A program made the position numbers and the translations under genes. A stretch of DNA of 32,000 bases from Nitrosospira multiformis ATCC 25196 (lineage in GTDB: Bacteria > Pseudomonadota > Gammaproteobacteria > Burkholderiales > Nitrosomonadaceae): the NCBI RefSeq assembly GCF_000196355.1, contig NC_007614.1, positions 120,001 to 152,000 of the forward strand, written 5' to 3'. The notes beneath the pieces were generated by a model. That model worked only from the letters and a program-made list of their open reading frames with translations, made no database searches and was not told where the DNA came from. Shown here one piece after another: positions 19,749 to 29,140 of the stretch (positions are counted from its first letter, which is position 1; each line of letters opens with the position of its first letter).

Positions 19749-21056
19749 ATGAAACTACTTGTAATCGGTGGTGGTGCCAGAGAACACGCCCTCGCGTGGA
19801 AGCTGCTGGATTCCTCGCGCAGAAGACTTCCTGCGACCGTATTTGTCGCCCCGGGCAATGCGGGTACCGAGCTCGAAAAAGACCTGAAGAACGTGCCCAT
19901 CACCACCATCCCGGAGTTGATCGAATTCGCCAGAAAGGAATCGATCGCGTTCACTGTTGTGGGGCCGGAAGCCCCCCTGGCGGAAGGTATCGTCGATGCC
20001 TTCCGTTTCGCTGGCCTGAAGATCTTCGGTCCTACCCAAAAGGCAGCACAACTGGAAACTTCCAAGGATTTCGCCAAGGCTTTCATGGGCCGCCATGGCA
20101 TTCCTACCGCAGACTATGCCACCTTCAGTTCCGCTGCCAAGGCGCACCGGTATATCGACAAGAAGGGCGTTCCCATCGTGATAAAAGCGGACGGCCTGGC
20201 GGCAGGCAAAGGCGTGGTCGTGGCGGTGACGCTGGAAGAAGCGCATGCCGCCGTGGACAAGATGCTGGGGGGAAAGTCGGGCAAGGCAGGACCGAAGATC
20301 GTGATCGAAGAATTCGTGGAAGGCGAAGAAATCAGTTTTATCGTCATGACTGACGGTCGTCACGTTTTGCCGCTGGCCAGCAGTCAGGATCACAAGCGCC
20401 TGAAGGATGGCGACGAGGGACCTAACACCGGAGGCATGGGGGCCTACTCGCCCGCTTCCTCAATTACCCCCACTCTCCACGGGAAAATAATGCGGGAAGT
20501 CATCCAGCGCGCGATAAGCGGGATGGAAAAGGAAGGCGAGCGCTACATCGGTTTCCTTTATGCCGGGCTCATGATTACCCCAGACGGGGGCATAAAAGTG
20601 CTCGAGTTCAATTGCCGCATGGGCGATCCGGAAGCCGAGGTTATCCTGCTGCGCCTCAAGAGCAATTTTATCACCCTCATCGAGCATGCCCTGTCCGGGA
20701 ATCTGGACAAGATAGAGGCCGAGTGGGACCGGCGCGCTGCTCTGGCGGTGGTTATGGCAGCGAGTGGATACCCGGATTCTCCCCGCAAGGGCGATGCCAT
20801 CGAAGGGCTGTCCGCCTTGCCTGCAACGTTGCCTGTGGAGAGAGACTATCATGTTTTCCATGCGGGAACCGCCCGGGGCGGCGAAAACGGGGAAGAGATC
20901 GTGACGGCCGGTGGGCGCATTCTCTGTGTGGCTGCCTTGGGCGACAACTTCAGGATGGCTCAGCGACGTGCTTATGAAATCGCCGAGCAGATTCACTTCG
21001 ACGGTTGCCAGATGCGACGTGATATCGGGTATCGGGCTATTAACCACCGTAAATAG
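19749..21056 (+). CDS. purD: Phosphoribosylamine-glycine ligase
   Basis: 435-aa [22 protein letters not shown].., the ATP-grasp core and [10 protein letters not shown] are typical of PurD. Confidence 0.95.
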   Translation: MKLLVIGGGAREHALAWKLLDSSRRRLPATVFVAPGNAGTELEKDLKNVPITTIPELIEFARKESIAFTVVGPEAPLAEGIVDAFRFAGLKIFGPTQKAAQLETSKDFAKAFMGRHGIPTADYATFSSAAKAHRYIDKKGVPIVIKADGLAAGKGVVVAVTLEEAHAAVDKMLGGKSGKAGPKIVIEEFVEGEEISFIVMTDGRHVLPLASSQDHKRLKDGDEGPNTGGMGAYSPASSITPTLHGKIMREVIQRAISGMEKEGERYIGFLYAGLMITPDGGIKVLEFNCRMGDPEAEVILLRLKSNFITLIEHALSGNLDKIEAEWDRRAALAVVMAASGYPDSPRKGDAIEGLSALPATLPVERDYHVFHAGTARGGENGEEIVTAGGRILCVAALGDNFRMAQRRAYEIAEQIHFDGCQMRRDIGYRAINHRK

Positions 21057-21111
21057 CGGTGGACGGGGTGGAAGAAAAAACTCAGCAGCAAACAGGTGTA
21101 TGGGAGATCGG

Positions 21112-22011
21112 ATGAGCACTGCACAACAAGCCCGGGAGTTCTTTACGGGACTGCAGCAACGCATTGTGGAGGGACTGGAAAAAGTCGATGGCACGCACTT
21201 CCGCCGTGATGAATGGGAGCGACCGGAAGGAGGCGGGGGCCTGAGTTGCGTACTGGAAGAGGGTAACGTGCTGGAGCGCGGCGGAGTGAACTACTCGCAC
21301 GTGTTCGGGGGAGGCTTGCCCGCCTCCGCTACCGCTGCGAGACCTGAACTGGCGGGAAGGGGTTTCGAGGCCATGGGAGTGTCGCTCGTGCTGCATCCTC
21401 GCAATCCCTATGCCCCTACCGTGCATCTCAATGTGCGCTATCTGGAAGCGCGCAAGGAAGGCGCCGAACCCGTATGGTGGTTCGGCGGGGGCATGGATCT
21501 GACGCCCTATTACGGCTTTGAAGAAGATGCAGTGCATTTTCACCAGACCTGCAAGGACGCGCTGCAACCATTCGGCAACGATTTCCATCCGCGCTTCAAG
21601 AAATGGTGCGACGAATATTTTTACCTCAAGCATCGCAGGGAGCCGCGAGGTATTGGCGGCATTTTCTATGATGATCTAAGTAAACCCGACTTTGACAGCT
21701 GCTTCAGCCTGACGAAGAGTGTGGGCACTCACTTCCTGGATGCCTACCTGCCGATTCTGGAGCGGCGGAAGAGTGTACCCTACGGCGAGCGCGAACGCGA
21801 CTTTCAGGCCTACCGGCGCGGCCGCTATGTGGAATTCAACCTCGTGTGGGACCGGGGAACCCTGTTTGGGCTGCAGTCGGGGGGGCGTACTGAATCCATC
21901 CTCATGTCCCTGCCCCCGGTCGTGAAATGGCGTTACGACTGGAAGCCGGAGCCGGGCAGCGCGGAAGACAGGCTTTATACCAATTTTTTGATCGGGAAGG
22001 ATTGGGTGTAA
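21112..22011 (+). CDS. hemF: Oxygen-dependent coproporphyrinogen III oxidase
   Basis: [13 protein letters not shown] and [16 protein letters not shown] motifs. GGGAGA lies 4-5 nt upstream of ATG 21112. The ORF-track start at 20911 would overlap purD by 146 nt and is rejected. Confidence 0.9.
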   Translation: MSTAQQAREFFTGLQQRIVEGLEKVDGTHFRRDEWERPEGGGGLSCVLEEGNVLERGGVNYSHVFGGGLPASATAARPELAGRGFEAMGVSLVLHPRNPYAPTVHLNVRYLEARKEGAEPVWWFGGGMDLTPYYGFEEDAVHFHQTCKDALQPFGNDFHPRFKKWCDEYFYLKHRREPRGIGGIFYDDLSKPDFDSCFSLTKSVGTHFLDAYLPILERRKSVPYGERERDFQAYRRGRYVEFNLVWDRGTLFGLQSGGRTESILMSLPPVVKWRYDWKPEPGSAEDRLYTNFLIGKDWV

Positions 22012-22085
22012 GCCGTTATGGATAGCTGGTCGTTTCGCGACGGCATACTATGGCGCAACGGTTTGTTATAAAATATGCAATCAGT

Positions 22086-22161
<76 letters not shown>

Positions 22162-22197
22162 TTTCACTGTTCCACCAAGTCCCAAGAAGTCCTAAAA

Positions 22198-22219
22198 GCC
22201 CGCTAAATGCGGGCTTTTT
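22198..22219 (+). terminator. Rho-independent terminator downstream of tRNA-Ala
   Basis: Perfect 6-bp GC stem gcccgc-taaat-gcgggc followed by ttttt. Confidence 0.6.
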
Positions 22220-22338
22220 CATTGGCTTATCGTCCTATCCTATCCCCTGCGTTCTATTGAAGCCAGCAGCTAAAGGGGGGCATAATTTGCCAATATGTGC
22301 CCCCAATGCAGATTTGATGCCCACAATAAGGGGTTTTC

Positions 22339-22655
22339 ATGAAATTAAACGATGTGGCAGTGCGCAAGGCCAAACCCGAGTCCAAGTCTTACAAAATGGC
22401 TGATGGTGGAGGCATGTATCTTGAAGTGATGCCGAACGGTTCAAAATATTGGTGGTTGAAATATCGGTTCGGTGGAAAGGAAAAACGTCTTGCGTGCGGA
22501 GTTTATCCGGACGTGCCACTAAGCCTTGTACGCAGCTGGCGAGATGATGCCTGCAAGCTACTGGCACAAGGAATTGACCCTGGGGCGAATTGCAAATCAC
22601 AGAAGACAGTAAAACAGGGACAGGAAGCAAATAGCTTTGAAGTAATAGCGCGAAG
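22339..22655 (+). pseudogene. P4-type (DUF4102-containing) tyrosine integrase, N-terminal fragment
   Basis: MKLNDVAVRKAKPESKSYKMADGGGMYLEVMPNGSKYWWLKYRFGGKEKRLACGVYPDVPLSLVRSWRDDACKLLAQGIDP matches the N-terminal arm-binding domain of tRNA-associated P4-like integrases. Similarity ends near ..FEVIARR, and the ORF runs on into unrelated sequence to 22740. The catalytic domain is absent. Confidence 0.75.
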
Positions 22656-22939
22656 GAGATCAAAACCCTGGTGGCCAGCCCTAGGGTTTCTCTTCACCAG
22701 AGACTATATAATCGATTTACATATGTTAAGTATTTCATAGTAAGCCTTTCCTTATATTGTTAATCTACCTACTCGCTTCTCTCCCCAAGTAGAAAAGCGA
22801 TTGCAGTACCCCCGCCCGGCTTATGCCGGGCTTTTCTTTTTTTGCAGAGATGAAGGCTCTACCAGAAGCCCTGATGTGCTCCCCATAAAACGTGCCATCT
22901 GGAATCTAGTAAAGTTCGTTTTTCGAGAGGAGAACGGAC

Positions 22940-23203
22940 GTGAAGAAGCGATTTACGGATGAACAAATTATTGGATTTCTGAAGCAGGCAGATGGAGGCA
23001 TTCCGGTCAGGGAATTGTGCCGCCAGCATGGTTTTTCCGATGCGTCGTTTTACACCTGGCGTGCCAGGTTTGGTGGGATGACAGTATCGGATGCCAGGCG
23101 GTTGCGAGATCTTGAAGCAGAGAATGCTCAGCTCAAGAAGCTTTTAGCCGAGTCGCTTCTTGATGCTCAAGCCTTGAAGGTTGCTTTGGGCCGAAAGCAT
23201 TAA
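22940..23203 (+). CDS. IS3-family transposase OrfA (HTH)
   Basis: MKKRFTDEQIIGFLKQADGGIPVRELCRQHGFSDASFYTWRARFGGM..LEAENAQLKKLLAE is the typical IS407-group OrfA with a leucine zipper. Confidence 0.9.
   Translation: MKKRFTDEQIIGFLKQADGGIPVRELCRQHGFSDASFYTWRARFGGMTVSDARRLRDLEAENAQLKKLLAESLLDAQALKVALGRKH
23185..23191 (+). promoter_or_regulatory. Candidate -1 programmed frameshift heptamer T TTG GGC
   Basis: The X XXY YYZ pattern is in the orfA reading frame (codons GCT TTG GGC) and inside the orfA/orfB overlap window 23164-23203. Confidence 0.45.
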
Positions 23204-23229
23204 CTCCACAGGCCAGGCGTGAGGCAGTA

Positions 23230-24060
23230 ATGGCGATGCTTGAGCAGACGAACGTTTCCGAACGCCGTGCCTGCCTGCTTGTGGATATATCACGTACGGT
23301 ATTGCACTACATGTCCAAGGTGCGGCTGGAGAATGAGCAACTGCAAGGTCGAATGGTTGAGTTGGCCTCTGAACGCCGTCGTTTTGGTTATCGACGCATT
23401 CATGCCCTGCTGCGGCGTGAGGGTGTTGAAGCCAATCACAAACGCATCTTTCGCCTTTACCAGGCTGCCGGGTTGGCAGTAAAGCGCCGACGCAGGCGAG
23501 GGGGCGTAGCAGTTGAACGTGAGCAATTGGCATTGCCAAGCCAGCCCAACGAGGTATGGTCAATGGATTTCATCTGTGATGCACTGGCGAATGGCAGACG
23601 CATCAAGGTATTGACCATCGTTGATGACTTCACCAAGGAATCCATTGATCTGGTAGCTGAACATGGCATTTCGGGACAACATGTCGTGCGCGTATTGGAG
23701 CAAGCTTCACAGTTTCGTGGGTTGCCCTTGGCCATTCGCACCGATCAGGGACCGGAGTTCACCAGCAAGGCACTGGATCAGTGGGCTTATAAGCATGGTG
23801 TCCAGCTCAAATTGATTGAGGCGGGCAAGCCGACGCAAAATGCATATATTGAGAGCTTCAACGGTCGGTTTCGGGATGAGTGCCTGAACGATCACTGGTT
23901 TACCAGCCTGGCTGAGGCACGGATTCGGATATCAGCCTGGCGGCGCGACTACAACGAGCATCGACCGCACAGTGCACTAAATTACCTAACCCCGGCAGAA
24001 TTTGCAGCCAACTGCCGCAGGCAAGAAGAAATAAACGGCTGTGAAAGAAATGGAAGCTAA
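23230..24060 (+). CDS. IS3-family transposase OrfB (DDE integrase core)
   Basis: 276 aa from ATG 23230. The -1 frame is open from 23164 and overlaps the end of orfA. DDE region VWSMDFICD .. IRTDQGPEFTS .. QNAYIESFNGRFRDECL, with the ending HSALNYLTPAEF. Confidence 0.9.
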   Translation: MAMLEQTNVSERRACLLVDISRTVLHYMSKVRLENEQLQGRMVELASERRRFGYRRIHALLRREGVEANHKRIFRLYQAAGLAVKRRRRRGGVAVEREQLALPSQPNEVWSMDFICDALANGRRIKVLTIVDDFTKESIDLVAEHGISGQHVVRVLEQASQFRGLPLAIRTDQGPEFTSKALDQWAYKHGVQLKLIEAGKPTQNAYIESFNGRFRDECLNDHWFTSLAEARIRISAWRRDYNEHRPHSALNYLTPAEFAANCRRQEEINGCERNGS

Positions 24061-24268
24061 TTTATAACTGAACTTTGCTAGAACGCCCCTGGCACTACTA
24101 CCGGGGGCACATCAGCCCTACAATCGATTTAAATTGAGAGATGGTTACTCAGGTATTGCCCTATCAAAAATAATCTACATAAGATGAGAATGATATTGTG
24201 GGGGCACAATTGTGGGCATATTTCTTGTCACGTTCAATAATACCTTTTATTACAATATATTAAGTTTT

Positions 24269-24440
24269 AATTCGAGAGTCCTCGTTCCCCCCAGCCGCTA
24301 AGTGCGGGCTTTTTCGTTGGTTTTTCCCTCCCGTCACATCCCATCAAGCTCTGTTGAATCCGGCCCATAGTGAGGTCATGATTTGGCGAAAAATATCCCC
24401 CGGAACTTGATGTTGTAACAGGTCAAGGGAAAACATTAAT
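24269..24440 (+). repeat. Degenerate second copy of the tRNA-Ala 3' end, terminator-like hairpin and integrase-upstream region
   Basis: 24269-24293 aattcgagagtcctcgttcccccca resembles tRNA 22136-22161 agttcgatcctcctcgtctccacca. 24296-24440 aligns by eye with 22201-22338, with blocks cgctaaRtgcgggctttttcRttgg, tctRttgaaNcc, catRatttgSc, ccccc, ttgatg and aaggg. Roughly 60-70% identity with small indels. Confidence 0.55.
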
Positions 24441-24446
24441 TCCTAC

Positions 24447-25307
24447 TCATAAGCTGGCGAAAGTTTCCCAACCGGAACATTTCGAATAAGGCTCACGCTT
24501 TAGCATCGTTTTATAGTTGGCCGGTAGATTTTGCATGACCGCCTGTATTTCTCGCTCGTCCTGTGGGGTGATCACCGTGGGACCGGCAAATGGCGTTTTA
24601 TTTCTGCGCAAATTCATATCGAAAGCCGACTTATGACGTAAATCGAAAAATTGAAGCATGCGCCTTAACACTCTTTCGTCTTTTAGCTGTGCATCGACAT
24701 CTATAAAAAATACGCGGTCCTGCCATTGATTCCGTTTAAGCAGCTGCATTGCCCGGTATTCGATTTCAATCCACTGCAACAGATAAAACTGGAACCGACT
24801 CAGGGTGTGCCCGGTGTAGTGCTGATAGATAGCCTCCTTTCCGGTTAATGCCCAGCGAAAATAACGGTCGCCTGTATCGCTTTTATAATCGACAAACGGC
24901 ATTTTTACCTTGCGTATCAGTTGTTCACGCATTAGCTCGCTTTTGGCTACCTTTGCGGGATGACGAACAAGGTGAACAAAACCCACATTTTTTAAAAGTG
25001 TGCCTGCATGACGGTCAAATGCTTTCAGGAAAGCATGGTTAGATTCGAAATACGCCGGTTCTTTACATTTAGCGATAAATCCACATTTCCGCATCAGCAC
25101 TGGCAATAATGCGTTATCGTCGCGCCGTGTATTCCAGTCTATCGGTTTTCCGAACAAAACAGGATTTCCGGGAACAAGGTAGGGTTCATGGGTGCTATAG
25201 CACTGTTGCACATTTTTCGAAAAGAAGTCGGCTAGATAACTTGTGCCGGAGCGGCCGCTTGCCAGAGCAAAAAGCGTTAGTTTGGGCATGGATTCAGGAT
25301 CAGGCAT
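24447..25307 (-). CDS. PAPS-dependent sulfotransferase-like protein
   Basis: 286-aa ORF with a 5'-PSB-like loop LASGRSGTSYLADFF and a 3'-PB-like FVHLVRHPAKVAKSEL. Visibly lower GC than the genes to its right. Confidence 0.55.
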   Translation of the reverse strand: MPDPESMPKLTLFALASGRSGTSYLADFFSKNVQQCYSTHEPYLVPGNPVLFGKPIDWNTRRDDNALLPVLMRKCGFIAKCKEPAYFESNHAFLKAFDRHAGTLLKNVGFVHLVRHPAKVAKSELMREQLIRKVKMPFVDYKSDTGDRYFRWALTGKEAIYQHYTGHTLSRFQFYLLQWIEIEYRAMQLLKRNQWQDRVFFIDVDAQLKDERVLRRMLQFFDLRHKSAFDMNLRRNKTPFAGPTVITPQDEREIQAVMQNLPANYKTMLKREPYSKCSGWETFASL

Positions 25308-25690
25308 GCTGAAGGGTAATTTACCTCAATGCGACAAAGTCTTAACGCCTGCCCTTGCTTGACGACCTCGCAGTATCGGTGAGGCCCTGAAGGATGCCTA
25401 ATTGAATGAATTCTGGAAGTGTCGGCTGGGTAATTACCGGTTATCGCAAATATCGAGGACAGCACGGTGCGGATTCTCGTTGTGAGTATAAGCCAGCGCA
25501 AGGAGAGATATCGCTGAATGTTTTTTCTCTGTTTTTGGTATTGAAGGAGGAAGCCGCACGTCAATTTGCATTTGTCCATTATTTCCATTATGTCGTAATA
25601 AGAGCTAGACTTAATCCATAAAATGAGCCCATAAGATAGGAGTTAAATGAACTGATTCTCATGGTGAATCAACCTTAGAGGGAGGCTTCC

Positions 25691-26890
25691 ATGGAGATTG
25701 CAGGCCAGCCAAAAAAAATTACTGCATTGACACGTGTGCGAGACACGTTAGCGATACCTCTCGCTGGAATTGCCACATTTTTCTATGTTCTATGGCAATT
25801 GGTGACGGAGCAGCAGCTTTTTCTGCGTACCTTTCTTGTGGAGCGCATGGGCAAGCGTGCTGTGAAGAAACTGCCGCTGGGATATTGGAATGTGCTGGCG
25901 CTCAAAAGCATCATGTTGTGCCAGCATTTGTCTCATAACCCGAACCTGCTGCGAGATGCCCGCAAGCGTACCGAATCGCGCATCCTGCAACGGTTGCAGG
26001 ATCGGGGCGTGCCGCGCGGGCAAGTTCTCCCCATCACGGAATATCAACCCGTCCAGATAGAGCCCCATCGGTTTTACCGGGAGCATGTGAAGCGCGGCGT
26101 ACCGTGCATTATGCGCGGGTTCGTGGGTAACGCGCCGATCGACTGGACGCTCGACAAACTTGCGGAACGTTTTCCGGATACCATCGTCCAGGCGCTGGAC
26201 AAGCGGAGCAAGAAGATGGTGAATGTCTCTCTGCGCGAGATTGCGGAGGACCGCCGCTGCAATTACATTCCGCAGCAATTGTTGCTCGATCAAAATCCGA
26301 CTTTCTACGAATATTTCCGCATTCCGCGCTCGCATGCGTATTTCCCCGTCATGGGACGGCCCTCGAAGCCGGTTCTGAGTTTTCTGATCTTAGGCCTGGG
26401 AGCGGGATTGAACGCCAACTACCACTGTGAGGAAGGGCCCAACTGGTATCTTGCCGTTTCCGGTTCCAAGCGCTGGACCTTGATCGAATCCGAATATTCC
26501 TGGTTGCTATACCCGGCAGCGCTTGGCAACGGCATGCGCCGGTTTGCGGAGTTCATCGCGGATAAGGAAGGGGAACCGAGCGACCGGGATGCGTATCCCC
26601 TGGTGGAGTATGCGCCGCGTTACGAGTTCGAGCTTCATCCCGGCGACGTTCTGTTTTTCCCTGCCTGGATGTGGCACAAGACGATCAACCTCAATGAAGA
26701 AGGCCTGGGGGTCACCTGCCGTTACACTGCCCCGACCGAAATCTCCAACAGATATTTCCGGGCCCTGCAACTGCTCTCCGGAGGGTTCTGGAAAAGCTGC
26801 GTGGAAGTCATTAGTTGCGGCATACGGGGTAATATCGCCTCTCTCGCCAGTGATACCGACCACAACGAGCAGGAAACAGTGTTGTACTGA
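25691..26890 (+). CDS. Membrane-anchored JmjC/cupin-8 Fe(II)/2-oxoglutarate oxygenase-like protein
   Basis: 399-aa ORF with an N-terminal hydrophobic helix LAIPLAGIATFFYVLWQLV. Cupin blocks FYREHVKRGVPCIMRGF, NYHCEEGPNWYLAVSGSKRWTLI (H-x-E) and GDVLFFPAWMWHKTINL (distal His). Confidence 0.7.
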   Translation: MEIAGQPKKITALTRVRDTLAIPLAGIATFFYVLWQLVTEQQLFLRTFLVERMGKRAVKKLPLGYWNVLALKSIMLCQHLSHNPNLLRDARKRTESRILQRLQDRGVPRGQVLPITEYQPVQIEPHRFYREHVKRGVPCIMRGFVGNAPIDWTLDKLAERFPDTIVQALDKRSKKMVNVSLREIAEDRRCNYIPQQLLLDQNPTFYEYFRIPRSHAYFPVMGRPSKPVLSFLILGLGAGLNANYHCEEGPNWYLAVSGSKRWTLIESEYSWLLYPAALGNGMRRFAEFIADKEGEPSDRDAYPLVEYAPRYEFELHPGDVLFFPAWMWHKTINLNEEGLGVTCRYTAPTEISNRYFRALQLLSGGFWKSCVEVISCGIRGNIASLASDTDHNEQETVLY

Positions 26891-27422
26891 GCGGAATTTC
26901 TTCCGTTTCCTTCTGTCACCGGCAACCTTGGTGCTATCCCCCCGGAAAGCAGTTTATGTTTGCCTTCTTGCGCTATGCCCGCACTTGGCATCGATGCCGG
27001 CTCTATCTCCCATAGAGCCGGGAAAGAAATGCGCCCGGAAATCAGCGAGCAGGGAGGGGGCCAATTTTCTTCTCCGTCGGCGCTCTTCTCTTCTCTTTTA
27101 GTGTTCCTTCTTTATCGCTTCTCCTTGTTTGAAACTTCCCCCCAGTTTACTCCCTTCCTGCAAGTAACCTTTACAAATACCCAATCCCTACTATAGTCAT
27201 AATAAGGCTGCCCAGGAAAGTGCCTCAATCAGAGACGAAGGTGGCTGCAAGGGTAGCTACGCCAGCAGCGATTCCTGAACGGACCTCACCCGTTGGCCCA
27301 TCAGGTGAATCCCCCGAGTATCGCAAACATACCCCGCTCCACGGGCTGGAGCATCTGGAAAAACCAGCCAGATGTATTCATTCCAAGGTGAGCGATCCCG
27401 TTTAACAACAAAGGAGAAACCA

Positions 27423-29114
27423 ATGGGAGATGGACCGGTAGTGCTTGGGGTTAACCGCACGCAGGATGCAAGCATCTGTCTGATGCATGGATCACAGCTC
27501 ATATACGCAATACAAAAGGAACGGCTCACAAGGCGCAAGCACCACTGGGGCAGGCTCGACGATTTCCGTAATGCATACGTGCCGCATCTTCCCGATCTCG
27601 GCAAGCCGATCGATGTCCTTGTCGAATGCTATTCATCCGACAGCGAGATAAAAAATTTTCCTGCCTATGAGCGGGAGATGGCCGAGACGCTGAAGTTCGC
27701 CCCCGGCTGCCGGCGCAAGCGCATCTCGCACCATCTCGCCCATGTGTACAGCGTATTCCATCCGTCGCCATTTGAAGAGGCTGCGGTGATGATCATCGAT
27801 GGCCAGGGCAGTCCGGTTTCCGAATTCACTGAGAAATGGAGCGGGTCGGACAGTGTGCCTCAGGATTGGCGTGAAGTCTCCTCATTCTATCGGGCAGACA
27901 GAGGGCGAATCGAATGCATCGGCAAGCAATTGTGGGACCGTAACGAGCGATGCCTGGTTGGGCTCGGAATGTTTTACTTCCTGCTGACACAGGCGGTTTT
28001 TCCAGGCGAGGGCAACGAAGGCAAAGTGATGGGACTTGCCCCGCACGGCGACCCGAATGCGCTCGGTCTGCCGCCCCTGCAGGTGGAGGGTCCCCAGGTG
28101 ACGATTCCCGGTCGCTGGATGGAAATCCTGCGCGATCGCAGCCGTTTTCGCTATGCTGCCGATGATACTTCCCGTTTTGCCGATAGTGCCAATCTGTCTG
28201 CTGCCGGGCAGCGCGCATTCGAGGAGGCAGTGCTCGAAGTTGCCCGCTGGCTGCACGCGCAAACGGGCGCCGAGAACTTATGCTTTGCCGGAGGCACCGG
28301 TCTTAACTGCTCCACCAATGATCGCCTCTTGCGTGAAACCCCTTTCCAGCGCGTCTTCATTCCTCCGGCCCCGAGCGATGCAGGCACTTCGCTTGGTTGC
28401 GCCGTGTACGGCCTTACCGAAGTGGGGGGAATGCGTTGCGACTATAGATGGGAGAACGACTATCTCGGGCCCGAGCCGCATCTGTCAGACATCGAGTCCG
28501 TGTTAAACGGGGCGGATGACCTTGTCGTGGAGCATATAGAACAATCTGCCGACTTGTGCGGACGTATAGCCGACCTTCTGGCTGACAGCAAGGTGGTCGC
28601 GCTCTATCACGGGCGCAGCGAATTCGGCCCGCGCGCACTCGGCCACCGCAGTATTCTTGGAGATCCGCGCCATGGCTATGTGCGTGACTGGATCAACGCC
28701 AGAGTCAAGGAGCGGGAATGGTTTCGTCCGCTGGCGCCGGTAGTGCTGCTCGAGCAGGCGGAGGAATTCTTCGATATCCGCCGTCCATCCCCCTTCATGC
28801 AGTTCGCCGCGCCGGTCTGGCCCAAGGCCGCCGACATCATCCCCGCTGTCACGCATGTCGACTGCACGGCCCGGTTGCAAACCGTTGGCGAACAGGATGA
28901 CCCCTTCCTGCGCACCCTGCTGAAAGCATTTGAAGCCCGTACCGGTGTTCCCGTAGTGCTCAATACATCCTTCAACCGGAAGGAAGAGCCCATCGTTGAA
29001 ACGCCTGCCCAGGCGCTTGAGTCATTTCGCCGCACGCCCATGCACGCACTCGCCATGCCGCCCTATCTCGTGCGCAAGCGTATCGAACCCGAGGCGGTCA
29101 CTCCTGTCGGGTAG
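27423..29114 (+). CDS. NodU/CmcH/TobZ-family carbamoyltransferase
   Basis: Motifs HHLAHVYSVF, IIDGQGS, GGTGLNCSTN, PPAPSDAGTSLGCA, GRSEFGPRALGHRSILGDPR, HVDCTARLQTV and VVLNTSFN. AAGGAG lies 6 nt upstream of ATG 27423 (the ORF is open from 27372). Confidence 0.9.
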   Translation: MGDGPVVLGVNRTQDASICLMHGSQLIYAIQKERLTRRKHHWGRLDDFRNAYVPHLPDLGKPIDVLVECYSSDSEIKNFPAYEREMAETLKFAPGCRRKRISHHLAHVYSVFHPSPFEEAAVMIIDGQGSPVSEFTEKWSGSDSVPQDWREVSSFYRADRGRIECIGKQLWDRNERCLVGLGMFYFLLTQAVFPGEGNEGKVMGLAPHGDPNALGLPPLQVEGPQVTIPGRWMEILRDRSRFRYAADDTSRFADSANLSAAGQRAFEEAVLEVARWLHAQTGAENLCFAGGTGLNCSTNDRLLRETPFQRVFIPPAPSDAGTSLGCAVYGLTEVGGMRCDYRWENDYLGPEPHLSDIESVLNGADDLVVEHIEQSADLCGRIADLLADSKVVALYHGRSEFGPRALGHRSILGDPRHGYVRDWINARVKEREWFRPLAPVVLLEQAEEFFDIRRPSPFMQFAAPVWPKAADIIPAVTHVDCTARLQTVGEQDDPFLRTLLKAFEARTGVPVVLNTSFNRKEEPIVETPAQALESFRRTPMHALAMPPYLVRKRIEPEAVTPVG

Positions 29115-29140
29115 CAGAAGAAAACAGCAGGAGAAATAAC

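Larger units (their letters stand above)
22872..24114 (+). mobile_element. Intact IS3-family insertion sequence (IS407 group)
   Basis: Imperfect terminal inverted repeats: TGATGTGCTCCCCATAAAACGTGCCA..TCTAGTAAAGTTC at 22872 onward, versus the reverse complement of the right end, TGATGTGCCCCCGGTAGTAGTGCCA..TCTAGCAAAGTTC, ending at 24114. Both ends are flanked by GCCC (22868-22871 and 24115-24118), a 4-bp target duplication. orfA and orfB lie in 0/-1 frames. Confidence 0.85.

Noticed and set aside
20911-21111. Extended hemF start overlapping purD by 146 nt
   Set aside because: HemF similarity begins at [11 protein letters not shown] (ATG 21112, with an RBS). The upstream part lies in a purD shadow frame.
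19755-21194. Minus-strand ORFs 19755-20393 and 20460-21194, and + frame ORFs 19796-20353 and 20612-20977
   Set aside because: All overlap purD (and the start of hemF) in alternative frames. No motifs, and Arg-rich shadow composition.
22656-22871. Idea that the IS insertion truncated the P4-type integrase
   Set aside because: The IS has an intact 4-bp target duplication (a simple insertion) and starts ~215 bp beyond the point where integrase similarity ends.
26523-27196. ORFs 26523-27101(+) and 26960-27196(+)
   Set aside because: The first is an alternative frame of the JmjC gene's 3' end. The second is a Ser/Leu/Phe-rich translation of the pyrimidine tract. No start context or motifs.
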